From positions 68,676-132,675 of the forward strand of contig CALXMU010000001.1 of NCBI GenBank assembly GCA_944389555.1: a DNA stretch of 64,000 nt. The letters are read 5' to 3'. This document shows, piece by piece, positions 39,080 to 48,392 of the stretch. Under the pieces are notes generated by a model. The model was not told where the DNA came from. It worked only from the letters and a program-made list of their open reading frames with translations, and made no database searches. Source of the DNA: an uncultured Alphaproteobacteria bacterium (GTDB lineage: Bacteria > Pseudomonadota > Alphaproteobacteria > Rs-D84). Both the position numbers and the translations under genes were made by a program. The first letter of the stretch is position 1, and the number at the start of each line of letters is the position of its first letter.

Positions 39080-39389
39080 ATTTTATGATTTATTTTTTAT
39101 GAGTTTAATAGTAATTGCGCTGTTAGCAGTATTGTGCTGGCCAGCGCTTATAAAGGTACCAATGCGCTGGTTGTATAAAGCAATTATTAAAACTATAAGA
39201 TTTTTTATACCCAAAAATCTTGGTATTAAAAGGCTGTGTTTGGTTATATCCATATTGTCTGTTTGTTGTGTTCTTTTTGTTGCAGATAAGTTTGTTTTAG
39301 CACTATGTTTGTTAGCGTTTGTTTTGCCCTTTATAGCAGCAAAAACCGTTGAATATATCATCGCTGGGTTTAATGAAAGCAAAAGGTAG
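39072..39389 (+). CDS. Hypothetical 3-TM membrane protein
   Basis: Overlaps the upstream ORF by 8 nt (translational coupling). Confidence 0.45.
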   Translation: MDRFYDLFFMSLIVIALLAVLCWPALIKVPMRWLYKAIIKTIRFFIPKNLGIKRLCLVISILSVCCVLFVADKFVLALCLLAFVLPFIAAKTVEYIIAGFNESKR

Positions 39390-39396
39390 AGTTTTT

Positions 39397-39909
39397 ATGT
39401 TAGGATTTTCTTTATTGTTATTTTTGTTAGTTGGTAATGAAGCTTTTGCGTCTTCTGTTTTATCAAATGTTCCTGATGGAACACTGTTCCATTCTACACA
39501 AGCGCCTAAATCTGAGCCGATTGTTGAATTAAATGATCCTGTTGGACATCCTGATTCTGTTGTTATTGATTCTACACAAAGGGAATGGCAGCAGTTTGAA
39601 GGAGGTTTGCCTGGAGAAAGGGTAAATGCAAATATTCGTACTGTAGGTGATGATGCAAATGGGTTTTATTTAGAAAGCAAAAGTCGTTTTTACCCAGTTG
39701 CTGAATATAAAATAGACAAACCGTGCTTGCCAGAAGTTACTAATGTCGTAACTGATTCTCCAGATCCAGAAAAAATAGCGTCTCAGATTGCGGAACATTA
39801 TCAAGGCATAAATGTAGACAATTTTATTGGATATGATCATATTCCAGAATATTCAGGTGCTCCTTGGTTGCAAAGTTTTTTTGGTGGAATGAGTACAGTT
39901 TTATTCTGA
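39397..39909 (+). CDS. Hypothetical secreted protein (signal peptide)
   Basis: MLGFSLLLFLLVGNEAFASS signal; RBS AAAGGTAGAG. Confidence 0.45.
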   Translation: MLGFSLLLFLLVGNEAFASSVLSNVPDGTLFHSTQAPKSEPIVELNDPVGHPDSVVIDSTQREWQQFEGGLPGERVNANIRTVGDDANGFYLESKSRFYPVAEYKIDKPCLPEVTNVVTDSPDPEKIASQIAEHYQGINVDNFIGYDHIPEYSGAPWLQSFFGGMSTVLF

Positions 39910-39979
39910 TAAACGGTCTATAAACGTTTTTCTCATTTTCTCACCTTTATATATTGTGAGAAAATGAGAATTGGTCGTG

Positions 39980-41023
39980 TTATATTTCAATTTCTTTGTA
40001 AGTTTCTTTTTCTTGTGCAGCTTCTTTTGCGATTTTATCAGGTTTCTTGATTCCTGCATCGTTCAGAATTCTGTATATTGTTGCTGGCGAAATATCTATA
40101 ATTTTAGATATTTCTTTTACGCTTTTACCTTCATATAGCAAGTCCATTATAGGTTTCACCTTTTCTTCTGTTTCTTCCATAGGTGTGTCTTGTAAAACCC
40201 ATGATGATGAAATTATTTTTCCTGTGTCATTATCTTGTTCTGAAATAAGACGTGCCGCAAATGATGCAACAGATTTACCAGCTACACTTCTGCTTTTTGT
40301 GTATCTGGCAATTATTGCTGCGCCATTTTTGGGGTTATGACCTTGTGGAGTTTTTAATAGCAAAGATGTATCTAGCAGTGTTTCTATTGCAGACGATCCT
40401 CGGCCGCCACGTTCGATATCTTTACCTGTATGATGAACCCACATTACAGAACGGTCTTTGTGTCTTTGTTTTAAAGACCATTTGTTAAACTTTTGCCAAC
40501 TTGCAGCAGAGTTTTCGTCTTGGCACTCATATAGAGTGAATACATTATCTACTATTATTAAATCTACATGACCAAGTTTCGTGATGGCTTGCTCTAATAC
40601 ATCCCAATCATTTTCGTTGTAGAAGTTTATCATAGGGTTATCGCCTTGAAAATCTGATCCAAAAATAAAAAGATTATCTCTGTTGACTTTCTTTCCTTCT
40701 TTTTCAAAACCTGCGATTAGTTGATTCATTCTATCCTGTAGTGTTTTTCCATTCATTTCCCCGTCTATGTATAGAACTCTACGTGGTTTATCAGCTTTAA
40801 AACCGAGGAAATTAAATCCTGATGCGGTTGCAATAGCTGCCGCCATTGCAAAATAACTTTTACCTACACCACGTGCAGCAGATACAAGAGAAATCCCTTT
40901 TTGTGGTATTAGTGGGTACAATAGCCACTCTATCTCTGGTATATCCATTTTTAGTAGGGTATCAGCTGAAAAAATGTTAGGTGTGTAGTCAATCTGTTGT
41001 GTAATAATGTCTTCTGTTTTCAT
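39980..41023 (-). CDS. RecA-fold AAA ATPase (RepA/AAA_25-like helicase-loader type) with C-terminal HTH; island replication protein
   Basis: Walker A SAARGVGKSYFA, Walker B DLIIVDNV, C-terminal HTH SVKEISKIIDISPATIYRIL. Confidence 0.75.
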   Translation of the reverse strand: MKTEDIITQQIDYTPNIFSADTLLKMDIPEIEWLLYPLIPQKGISLVSAARGVGKSYFAMAAAIATASGFNFLGFKADKPRRVLYIDGEMNGKTLQDRMNQLIAGFEKEGKKVNRDNLFIFGSDFQGDNPMINFYNENDWDVLEQAITKLGHVDLIIVDNVFTLYECQDENSAASWQKFNKWSLKQRHKDRSVMWVHHTGKDIERGGRGSSAIETLLDTSLLLKTPQGHNPKNGAAIIARYTKSRSVAGKSVASFAARLISEQDNDTGKIISSSWVLQDTPMEETEEKVKPIMDLLYEGKSVKEISKIIDISPATIYRILNDAGIKKPDKIAKEAAQEKETYKEIEI

Positions 41024-41880
41024 GATAGTACTCCTTGAAGTTGATTTTTTACAGTGTCAATACCGTATCTTACGTGAATGTCATTAAAGTCGGATACACC
41101 CCTTATGTTCGGTGGCAGTATCACTTTTAACCTGTGTTGTTTTGCCGCAGATGTTGCTGATTCTTTTCCGACATTTACTTCTTTTTCCCAGTCGTTATCA
41201 GCAGCTATAATGATATTTGCGCTGGGATATTTTTTACTTATTGCATCTACAACAGGTTCAATATTTCCAGCATTCATTGCAGCGATTGTGTATAAACCAG
41301 TTGCTTGATATATTGTGGCGGCTGTGGCAAAACCCTCGCAAACAATGATAGTTGGTGTTAAATCTCCTATTGGGTGAAAACAACCCTTGGTTCTTCCGCC
41401 ATTTAGAAAGTATTTCTTACCATTGGAAGATATAGTTTGCCATGACCATATCTTGCCGTTAGTATCATATAAAGGTATTACTAAATTATCCGTTGGTGCA
41501 TCGTATTTTGCAGACAATGGTAAAATATGTTTCTTTTTCAAATATTCATGTGCCTTAGGTGCATCAAAAAGAGAGGGTGTTCTTTTTGTTACATTGTCAG
41601 AAATGTGAATTTGCTCGATTTTTTGTGCGTTTTTAAAGTGTTGTTGTTCGGTATGTATTTTTTCTTTGATTTCCTGTAGTTGTTGTGAAGTGACAGTTTT
41701 AGCGTTTTTAGGAAATGCAAAAGCACGCGTGTTTTGTGACCAGTCGCCAAAAATATATCCTTCGCCTACTGGAAAAAGCCAATAACGTTTGTTCTTTCCC
41801 CATCTGGTAAAACCGTCAAAGTTTACACATGGAGGGTAAGGAATGTTATTCTCTGTTAGGGCTGTATATAAAAAATCCAT
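41020..41880 (-). CDS. TOPRIM-domain primase (P4 alpha / plasmid primase-like)
   Basis: TOPRIM motifs IIVCEGFATAA and IIIAADNDWE; overlaps the ATPase gene by 4 nt. Confidence 0.75.
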   Translation of the reverse strand: MDFLYTALTENNIPYPPCVNFDGFTRWGKNKRYWLFPVGEGYIFGDWSQNTRAFAFPKNAKTVTSQQLQEIKEKIHTEQQHFKNAQKIEQIHISDNVTKRTPSLFDAPKAHEYLKKKHILPLSAKYDAPTDNLVIPLYDTNGKIWSWQTISSNGKKYFLNGGRTKGCFHPIGDLTPTIIVCEGFATAATIYQATGLYTIAAMNAGNIEPVVDAISKKYPSANIIIAADNDWEKEVNVGKESATSAAKQHRLKVILPPNIRGVSDFNDIHVRYGIDTVKNQLQGVLS

Positions 41881-42080
41881 TATTCTACCTCTTTGTTATG
41901 GGTGTTATCGTGTTGTTGGCGCTTCAGGTAATTCATTATTTCGGTAGTGTCATATAAAACACGTCTTCCGACCTTTACCCATTTAAATGGGCTAGTTCCG
42001 TTTATACGCCAAGTTGCCAATGTGTTCGGTTTGATTTTCAGTAAGTTAGATAGCTCGACCGTTGTTAGGTAGTTATTCAT
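41880..42080 (-). CDS. alpA: AlpA-family phage transcriptional regulator/excisionase-like
   Basis: 66 aa; LSNLLKIKPNTLATWRINGTSPFKWVKVGRRVLY HTH pattern. Confidence 0.65.
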   Translation of the reverse strand: MNNYLTTVELSNLLKIKPNTLATWRINGTSPFKWVKVGRRVLYDTTEIMNYLKRQQHDNTHNKEVE

Positions 42081-42229
42081 ATTTAACCTCCTTTGGTTGA
42101 GCGCAATGTAGGGGAGAAAAAGAATTTTGTCTTGGATAAAGCGGTTTAACCCACTTGGGGTAAACCCATAAAAAAGATTGAATTTCTGGGAAAAATAAGG
42201 ATAAAAAAGATTTGTGTTTTAAATAGGGG

Positions 42230-42808
42230 TTAACCCTTTTTCCAACCACCTTTTTGTGATTCTGGTTTACGAATCATGGTAGCAATTTTGGTTGCCATTG
42301 ATTTGGATTTGGGTAATCCTCGCAATTCCATTTCTTTTTCAATTTCTGCAACTAAAAACTCTTTTTTACCTTGATTAGTATCTGATATGTGTTCCTGTTT
42401 TATAATTTTTTTAGCTATTTCAAGGTAGGGGGTAGTATATTCGTCATTCGCTGTTTTGATTGGATGTTTTGGAGGAAAACCGTCTTTTAGATTTTCTATT
42501 AATACTTCTACTTCTGTAAAAATTGGCATACCAAGTTCGCCTGCATAGTAGAAATCATCTTCATAGGTTATAGAATTGGTACTGTATTCGATTATAGATG
42601 GTGGAGCTATTGTAACTGATGTACGTTTTCCGCTTCTGCTGTTGATTCCAGTAGCGTGTATAGCACCAATTTTTATGGCTTCTAGTAATGTCTCTGTAGC
42701 AGGTTCTAATTCATCACTTCTTTTAAGCCATTCTTCTGTTGTAAGTTTTTCACCGCGAAAAGCAATCCATACAACGGCTTCCTGAAGGGAACAATAGGTT
42801 CGTTTCAT
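42230..42808 (-). CDS. Hypothetical protein (192 aa), first gene inside the right island end
   Basis: ORF only. Confidence 0.4.
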   Translation of the reverse strand: MKRTYCSLQEAVVWIAFRGEKLTTEEWLKRSDELEPATETLLEAIKIGAIHATGINSRSGKRTSVTIAPPSIIEYSTNSITYEDDFYYAGELGMPIFTEVEVLIENLKDGFPPKHPIKTANDEYTTPYLEIAKKIIKQEHISDTNQGKKEFLVAEIEKEMELRGLPKSKSMATKIATMIRKPESQKGGWKKG

Positions 42809-42971
42809 ATTAAAAATCCTTGTTTCTGTTGTTATTCAGTTTATTTGATATGGACGTGTTTGCAATAAAATAATAGTTCTTGGAGTAGCCCCTGGGTAGC
42901 CCCAGAATAAAAGTGATAAAATTAGGGAAAGCTAAAGTAATAAAAAATCCGCAGAATACTGCGGAAAATCT

Positions 42972-43048
<77 letters not shown>

Positions 43049-43192
43049 ACGAACGGCATTAATTATATACCTTTTTTGTCAATTTGTCAAATGTTTTTGT
43101 TCATCTAATTCTTGACTCTTTTCCTAACTGCCTTGAAATGTGATTTTTTTACTGCTAAAATCCTAAAAAATTAAAGGTAAAGAGTTTTAATT

Positions 43193-43984
43193 ATGTATCA
43201 GACGTTTAGAAAATTGTGGAAAGCTTTTTGGGAACCTATTTTACGTTTATCATTCTTTCAATGGGTATTAGCAGGAATGATGGCTGTCTGTATTTGGTTC
43301 GTTTATTTTACGTGCAGAAAAAAAATTACTAACTGGGAAATATTTAAGAAATATCGTAGAAAACCAGCTATTTTTATATTCTGGCACGGACGTAGTATGA
43401 TGTTGTCGCCTATCGTTTGTCTCGGGGGAATGAGAGCCTATGCCGTTGCAAGTCGACATAAAGATGGACGTATGATGGCAAAATTACAACGGCTATTCGG
43501 TCTAAAATCAATTTATGGCAGCACATCAGAAGGAGGTATTTCTGTTTTACGTGAAGGTGTTCGCGTCTTACGACGTGGTGACCATTCTATGTGTTTGTCA
43601 CCAGATGGACCTGGGGGACCTTCTTTACGCGTTCAAGATGGGGCTTTGTATTTTGCAAAAATGACTGGGGCACCTATCATACCTGTATGTTATTCTTGTT
43701 CTCATTCTTGGTTTCAAGATAGATGGGATAGGTATTTAGTCGCGTTACCTTTTTCTAAAATTACATGTAAACTAGCAGAACCTATATTTATTGATTCTAA
43801 AATTAGCGCGGAAGATTTTGAAAAAGTACGTAAAAACATTGAAGATATTATGGTTCAACAGGTTCGTGAGATGGACGGTGAATTTAATCTTTTCCAAGTA
43901 GAACAAGATTTAACTTCATCAGAATTTAAGAAAAAACGTCGTGAAGAACGAGAGGCTAAAAAAGCCGCTAAAAAGTTAAAATAA
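43193..43984 (+). CDS. DUF374-family lysophospholipid acyltransferase-like protein (usually found next to lpxK)
   Basis: N-terminal TM, LPLAT-like core; conserved position upstream of lpxK. Confidence 0.6.
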   Translation: MYQTFRKLWKAFWEPILRLSFFQWVLAGMMAVCIWFVYFTCRKKITNWEIFKKYRRKPAIFIFWHGRSMMLSPIVCLGGMRAYAVASRHKDGRMMAKLQRLFGLKSIYGSTSEGGISVLREGVRVLRRGDHSMCLSPDGPGGPSLRVQDGALYFAKMTGAPIIPVCYSCSHSWFQDRWDRYLVALPFSKITCKLAEPIFIDSKISAEDFEKVRKNIEDIMVQQVREMDGEFNLFQVEQDLTSSEFKKKRREEREAKKAAKKLK

Positions 43985-43992
43985 GGTATGAT

Positions 43993-44907
43993 ATGAAAAC
44001 ACCGTGGTGGTTTTTACATAAAACTCCGTTGGCATTTTTATTATTGCCTATCTCGTGGGTTTATTATTTTTTTGCTCGAGTAGTATATTTATTTAGAAAA
44101 ATTGGTGCGTATAAATCTCGTAGAAAAATAATTTGTATCGGAAATATTATGGCTGGTGGCGTCGGTAAAACCCCAATCGTACGTGCTATTGCAGAATTTC
44201 TTGATGCGCCCGTTGTTATGAGAGGGTATAAAAAAAGTGCAAAAACTGGCAATATCGGTGATGAAGCAGCAATGTTGGCGCGTACAGGGTTACAAGTTCA
44301 TGTCGGTGATAGAAAAAGTAATATCGTATTATTAAATAAACAAACCAAAGATTCTTCACCGATAGTTATGGATGATGGTTTTCAAAATCCTAAAATAGTG
44401 AAAGATATTTCCATTTTGGTTTTTGATCAAGGGTTAGGTTACGGAAATGGTTTTTTATTACCAGCGGGACCTTTGCGTGAACCTCGTCGTGCTGTTCGTC
44501 GCGCTGACGCAATCATAATAGTTAAAAATAAAAAACCTAAAAAACGTTTCAAATTACCAGAAGAATTACCTGTTTTTTATGCGACTAGTAAAACATTTTC
44601 TCCGTATGATGAAGATGAAAAACTATATGCTTTTGCAGGTATAGGTTATCCTAAAAAATTTTTTAATTCTTTGAATAATGTGGTAGGTAAAAAATCTTTC
44701 CCTGATCATTATCAATATACAGATAAAGATTTAGAAAAGTTATTTGAAGCAGCAAATAAAAAAGGCGCTAAACTTATCACTACGGAAAAAGATTGGATAA
44801 GGTTACCAGAAGAATTACGTAGTGATATAAAATATGCTCGTTTAGATATGATTATTGATAATCAGTTTTGGAACTGGTTAGAGGAGAAATTAAAATGCCA
44901 ACGCTAA
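43993..44907 (+). CDS. lpxK: Tetraacyldisaccharide 4'-kinase
   Basis: GNIMAGGVGKTP P-loop typical of LpxK. Confidence 0.85.
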   Translation: MKTPWWFLHKTPLAFLLLPISWVYYFFARVVYLFRKIGAYKSRRKIICIGNIMAGGVGKTPIVRAIAEFLDAPVVMRGYKKSAKTGNIGDEAAMLARTGLQVHVGDRKSNIVLLNKQTKDSSPIVMDDGFQNPKIVKDISILVFDQGLGYGNGFLLPAGPLREPRRAVRRADAIIIVKNKKPKKRFKLPEELPVFYATSKTFSPYDEDEKLYAFAGIGYPKKFFNSLNNVVGKKSFPDHYQYTDKDLEKLFEAANKKGAKLITTEKDWIRLPEELRSDIKYARLDMIIDNQFWNWLEEKLKCQR

Positions 44908-45827
44908 AAAAAGAAGTAAGAATAAAAGGCAAGGGAATTCATTCTGGTTTGCCTGTAAATATGCTTATAAAACCGTCTGATAAACCGGGGATATTTTTTC
45001 ATCGTGTTGATATTGCAAATAGTGATTTAATGCCCGCTTTATATAGTAACGTAGGCGATACAAAGATGCGTAATACCACAATCGGTAATATAAAATCTGC
45101 ACACGTTCAAACGGTTGAACATTTAATGGCGGCTTTGTTTATGGCTGGTGTGGATAGCGCGGTTATTGAAATAGATGGTCCAGAAACACCGATATTAGAC
45201 GGAAGTGCCGCACAATTTTATGATTCTTTTATCAAAACTGGTGTAACAGAAGGTAAGATAAAAAAAATAATAGTTAAGCGTCCTGTAATTGCTTATGCTG
45301 CAGAATTACGTAAAAAATTAAGCGTTTTTACACGTATAAAATGGTGGATTATAAATACACTATCTGGGCGTAAAAGTAATGGTTATGTAAAACTTGAACC
45401 AAATGAAGATGGCTTAGAAATAACTGCGACTCTTATTTACCCAGAAAAAATAATAGGAAATCAAACGTATTCTTATAAATTTAATAATGATAAAAAATCA
45501 GTAGAAGACTTCGTTAAAAACGTTGCACGTGCGCGCACTTTTGGAAAATATTCTGAATGGGAATATTTGAAATCGCATGGAATGGCACGCGGTGCAGATG
45601 AAACAAATGTCATCGCGTTAAACGATAAGGGTGACGATACTTTGAATAAAACTATCTGGCCAGACGAGTTTGTTCGTCATAAAATAATAGATGCAATTGG
45701 TGATATGTATACAAGCGGTGGAATCGTTTTTGGAAAATTAGAGTCTTTTAAGGGAAGTCATGCATTAAATAATCTTGTGCTTAAAAAGTTATTTAGTGAT
45801 AAGGCAAATTATGATATAATTGAATAA
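44895..45827 (+). CDS. lpxC: UDP-3-O-acyl-N-acetylglucosamine deacetylase
   Basis: MPTLKKEVRIKGKGIHSGLPV... LpxC N-terminus; RBS GAGGAG. Confidence 0.9.
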   Translation: MPTLKKEVRIKGKGIHSGLPVNMLIKPSDKPGIFFHRVDIANSDLMPALYSNVGDTKMRNTTIGNIKSAHVQTVEHLMAALFMAGVDSAVIEIDGPETPILDGSAAQFYDSFIKTGVTEGKIKKIIVKRPVIAYAAELRKKLSVFTRIKWWIINTLSGRKSNGYVKLEPNEDGLEITATLIYPEKIIGNQTYSYKFNNDKKSVEDFVKNVARARTFGKYSEWEYLKSHGMARGADETNVIALNDKGDDTLNKTIWPDEFVRHKIIDAIGDMYTSGGIVFGKLESFKGSHALNNLVLKKLFSDKANYDIIE

Positions 45828-45851
45828 AATGATTATAATAAGGTGATTGAT

Positions 45852-46292
45852 ATGAAAAAAACTTTTGCTTTTTGTTCTTTGTTAATGGCTTTGGCAGCTT
45901 GCGGTGGAATGATTAAACCTGAAAACGGTAGTCAATATTTAACTCAACTGGATGCAGAACCTATTGGTTGTACATTCTTATATAAAATTGAATCAGAAGT
46001 TTCTGTTTATGACGCAGACGATGCGCGTGTTTATTTGGAAAATAGAATTGCTGATCAGGCGCGTAGCGGTAATGCATATTGGATAACAAGTCAACGTACT
46101 CGTCCGAACGAGTGGGTAATATTTGGTCCTGAACGTTCGTTTGTTCTGGTTGCGAACGTTTATGATTGTCCGCACCCGAATAATGTTCGTACCGCAAAAG
46201 ATGGCGGCAGCAGCATAACTGCAACACCGATTGTTGTGGAACATCAAATAAATTGTACAGAAAATATGTATGGTGGTCAGGGTGGCTGCTGA
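45852..46292 (+). CDS. Hypothetical lipoprotein (lipobox MALAACGG)
   Basis: Signal/lipobox; Cys-containing C-terminus. Confidence 0.5.
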   Translation: MKKTFAFCSLLMALAACGGMIKPENGSQYLTQLDAEPIGCTFLYKIESEVSVYDADDARVYLENRIADQARSGNAYWITSQRTRPNEWVIFGPERSFVLVANVYDCPHPNNVRTAKDGGSSITATPIVVEHQINCTENMYGGQGGC

Positions 46293-46314
46293 TTAAAGCG
46301 AAAAAACAAAAGAT

Positions 46315-46348
46315 ACCCGCTGTAATTATTATGGCGGGTTTCTTTTTG
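46315..46348 (+). terminator. Rho-independent terminator
   Basis: acccgctgtaattattatggcgggt + TTCTTTTT. Confidence 0.7.
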
Positions 46349-46358
46349 TAATCTGTGT

Positions 46359-46388
46359 TTGCCAAAGATAGTTTTTTTATGTTATAAT
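46359..46388 (+). promoter_or_regulatory. Sigma70-like promoter (TTGCCA-18-TATAAT) for the pil-like operon
   Basis: -35 at 46359-46364, -10 at 46383-46388; RBS AGAGAGAGAAA before a TTG start. Confidence 0.5.
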
Positions 46389-46412
46389 TACTTGAAATAA
46401 CAGAGAGAGAAA

Positions 46413-47684
46413 TTGCCAAGTCAAGTTATAACAGTTGATAGAAAAAAATATGCGGTTGGTTTGTTTTGGCAGCCGACTGGTGCTGGTTATGTTGCGCGTG
46501 CTTATGCGCGTTTGTTAGCGCGCAGCGTGGATAAAAAATTAAACTTATATACGGAATATCGCGCAATGGTTGGGCTGGGCGCAAAAAAATTTGGTCATCG
46601 CGTTGGTATGGACAGCGCTGCCGCAGCAGTTACAGATGCGTTAGGGGAATATACTTCTTTCTTGGCTGTGTTTTCTGCGGATGCAAATTTTTATTTAGTT
46701 GCTGTTCGTAATGGGGTTATTTTAGAAGATAAGTTATTTGAACGTGAAGAAGAGGCTCGCGCAGAGTATTATAAATTATCAGAAATACCAGATTGGGGGG
46801 CTTTGTTTGCACCAGGGGCTTGGGGAATGCCTCGTGCGGTTGAACGTAATTTATCTGATTTAATTATGCGCGGAACAAAAGTGACACGTGCAATTTTACA
46901 TCCTATTAGCAGGCTTGGGGCAGGTATAACTTCTGCAATATTGATGGTTGCTTTCGGTATCGCAATAGCGTGGTTCTTTCGGGTGCCCTTAGAGCAAATG
47001 ATAACACCTCAACCAGAATTATCTCAAGTTTCTCCGGAAGTCGCGGCAGAGTATGAGCGGCAATTGGAAGAAAAAAACAAAGAATTAGATGCTCAGTTTG
47101 AAATACAACGTGCACCGCAACCAGAACCAATAAAATTACCGTATGAATATTTACCTAACCCAGAAAAAAGGGCGGAAGTGTGCTTTCAAGCAATCGCGTT
47201 TTTAATGCAACCTATTACAGGTTGGAACCAGGTTTCTGCAGAATGCGGTGAATCTTATGCAAGTGCAGTTTTTAATAGAGATTTTGGTACGTTAGATGAT
47301 TTTTATATGATTGCCACAGAATTGATGCCTGGGTCTTTTGTTCAAAAAGAAACAGATAACTCTTTATACGTTCGTGCAAAGTTACCAACTGTACCAATAC
47401 AAGCGTCTTTAGATGAGCGCGATGTAGAAACTGTTACGCGTGCTGTTCTTACGGCGTTTCAATATGCTAACGTAAGTGCGGACGTTCAGATGGTTGTAGA
47501 TACGTTAACTAACGGTGTGGATACAGTAAATCTTGATGTGGTTGAAATAGCCGTACAGTCAAAATTAAATCCTATGCAATTTATGAAGATATTTGAAGAT
47601 TTTGGTGGGGTGTATATGACGCGTTGCGCGTGGGATGCATCTGCACGTGTTTGGAACTATGAGGTGATAATCTATGCTAAATAA
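46413..47684 (+). CDS. Type IVb pilus biogenesis protein, R64 PilO-like (TTG start)
   Basis: 423 aa with one central TM; assigned by operon order O-P-Q-R; no strong motif. Confidence 0.4.
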   Translation: MPSQVITVDRKKYAVGLFWQPTGAGYVARAYARLLARSVDKKLNLYTEYRAMVGLGAKKFGHRVGMDSAAAAVTDALGEYTSFLAVFSADANFYLVAVRNGVILEDKLFEREEEARAEYYKLSEIPDWGALFAPGAWGMPRAVERNLSDLIMRGTKVTRAILHPISRLGAGITSAILMVAFGIAIAWFFRVPLEQMITPQPELSQVSPEVAAEYERQLEEKNKELDAQFEIQRAPQPEPIKLPYEYLPNPEKRAEVCFQAIAFLMQPITGWNQVSAECGESYASAVFNRDFGTLDDFYMIATELMPGSFVQKETDNSLYVRAKLPTVPIQASLDERDVETVTRAVLTAFQYANVSADVQMVVDTLTNGVDTVNLDVVEIAVQSKLNPMQFMKIFEDFGGVYMTRCAWDASARVWNYEVIIYAK

Positions 47685-48381
47685 AAAGACTATATTATCG
47701 GTATGTTTATTTTCAATGCTGATATTTGTGCCCATGTACGCAAACGCTGAAGGTTCGCAAGTTGCTGCGACGGAAGAAGACATTGCGACAGAAATGGACG
47801 CTATTTCCGCTGATGCGGTTGCGGCATATGATGCGACTGGCTCATTGTTCCAACAGATTGTTGATTTGGAACAAGAAAAAGTTCTGATGGAATTAGAAAA
47901 AGAACGTGCTCAACTTGATTTAGAATTAGATAAGTTAGCCGCAGAAAAAATTAAACTTCACATGGAAATAGATGAGTTGTCTGGTCGTGCAGAACAGCAG
48001 CAGCAAGAATTAGAAAACGCACAGGCAAAATTAGAAGCCGAAGCCGCTAAACTAGAACGTGAAAAAGAGGCGTTAGAAGCACAAACTGAGGAATTAGCAT
48101 CACGTGCAGCGGCAACAACAAAATCATCTTATTCAACTTCTACAACGTCTAAAGAAAGTGGAGAAGTAAATTTTGATGATATGTATAGGTTGGTAAACGT
48201 TATCGGTGTTGGGTCTCAATTACAGGCTAAAATAGAAAATTTAAGTACAGGTCAAACCAAAACAGTTAGTGTAGGTAAAATGGTTGATGGTTATGTGGTT
48301 CAGTCAATATCTTTGGATGACGGAGTTGTCTTTTATAATGGTCAAGAAACTCAGACGCTGAATATTACGAAATCTAAATAA
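47674..48381 (+). CDS. PilP-like periplasmic protein (signal peptide, coiled coil, C-terminal beta domain)
   Basis: Signal peptide; long EL/AK coiled coil; C-terminal VNVIGVGSQLQAKIENLSTGQTKTVSVGKMVDGYVV beta domain. Confidence 0.4.
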   Translation: MLNKKTILSVCLFSMLIFVPMYANAEGSQVAATEEDIATEMDAISADAVAAYDATGSLFQQIVDLEQEKVLMELEKERAQLDLELDKLAAEKIKLHMEIDELSGRAEQQQQELENAQAKLEAEAAKLEREKEALEAQTEELASRAAATTKSSYSTSTTSKESGEVNFDDMYRLVNVIGVGSQLQAKIENLSTGQTKTVSVGKMVDGYVVQSISLDDGVVFYNGQETQTLNITKSK

Positions 48382-48392
48382 GGCGTATGTAA

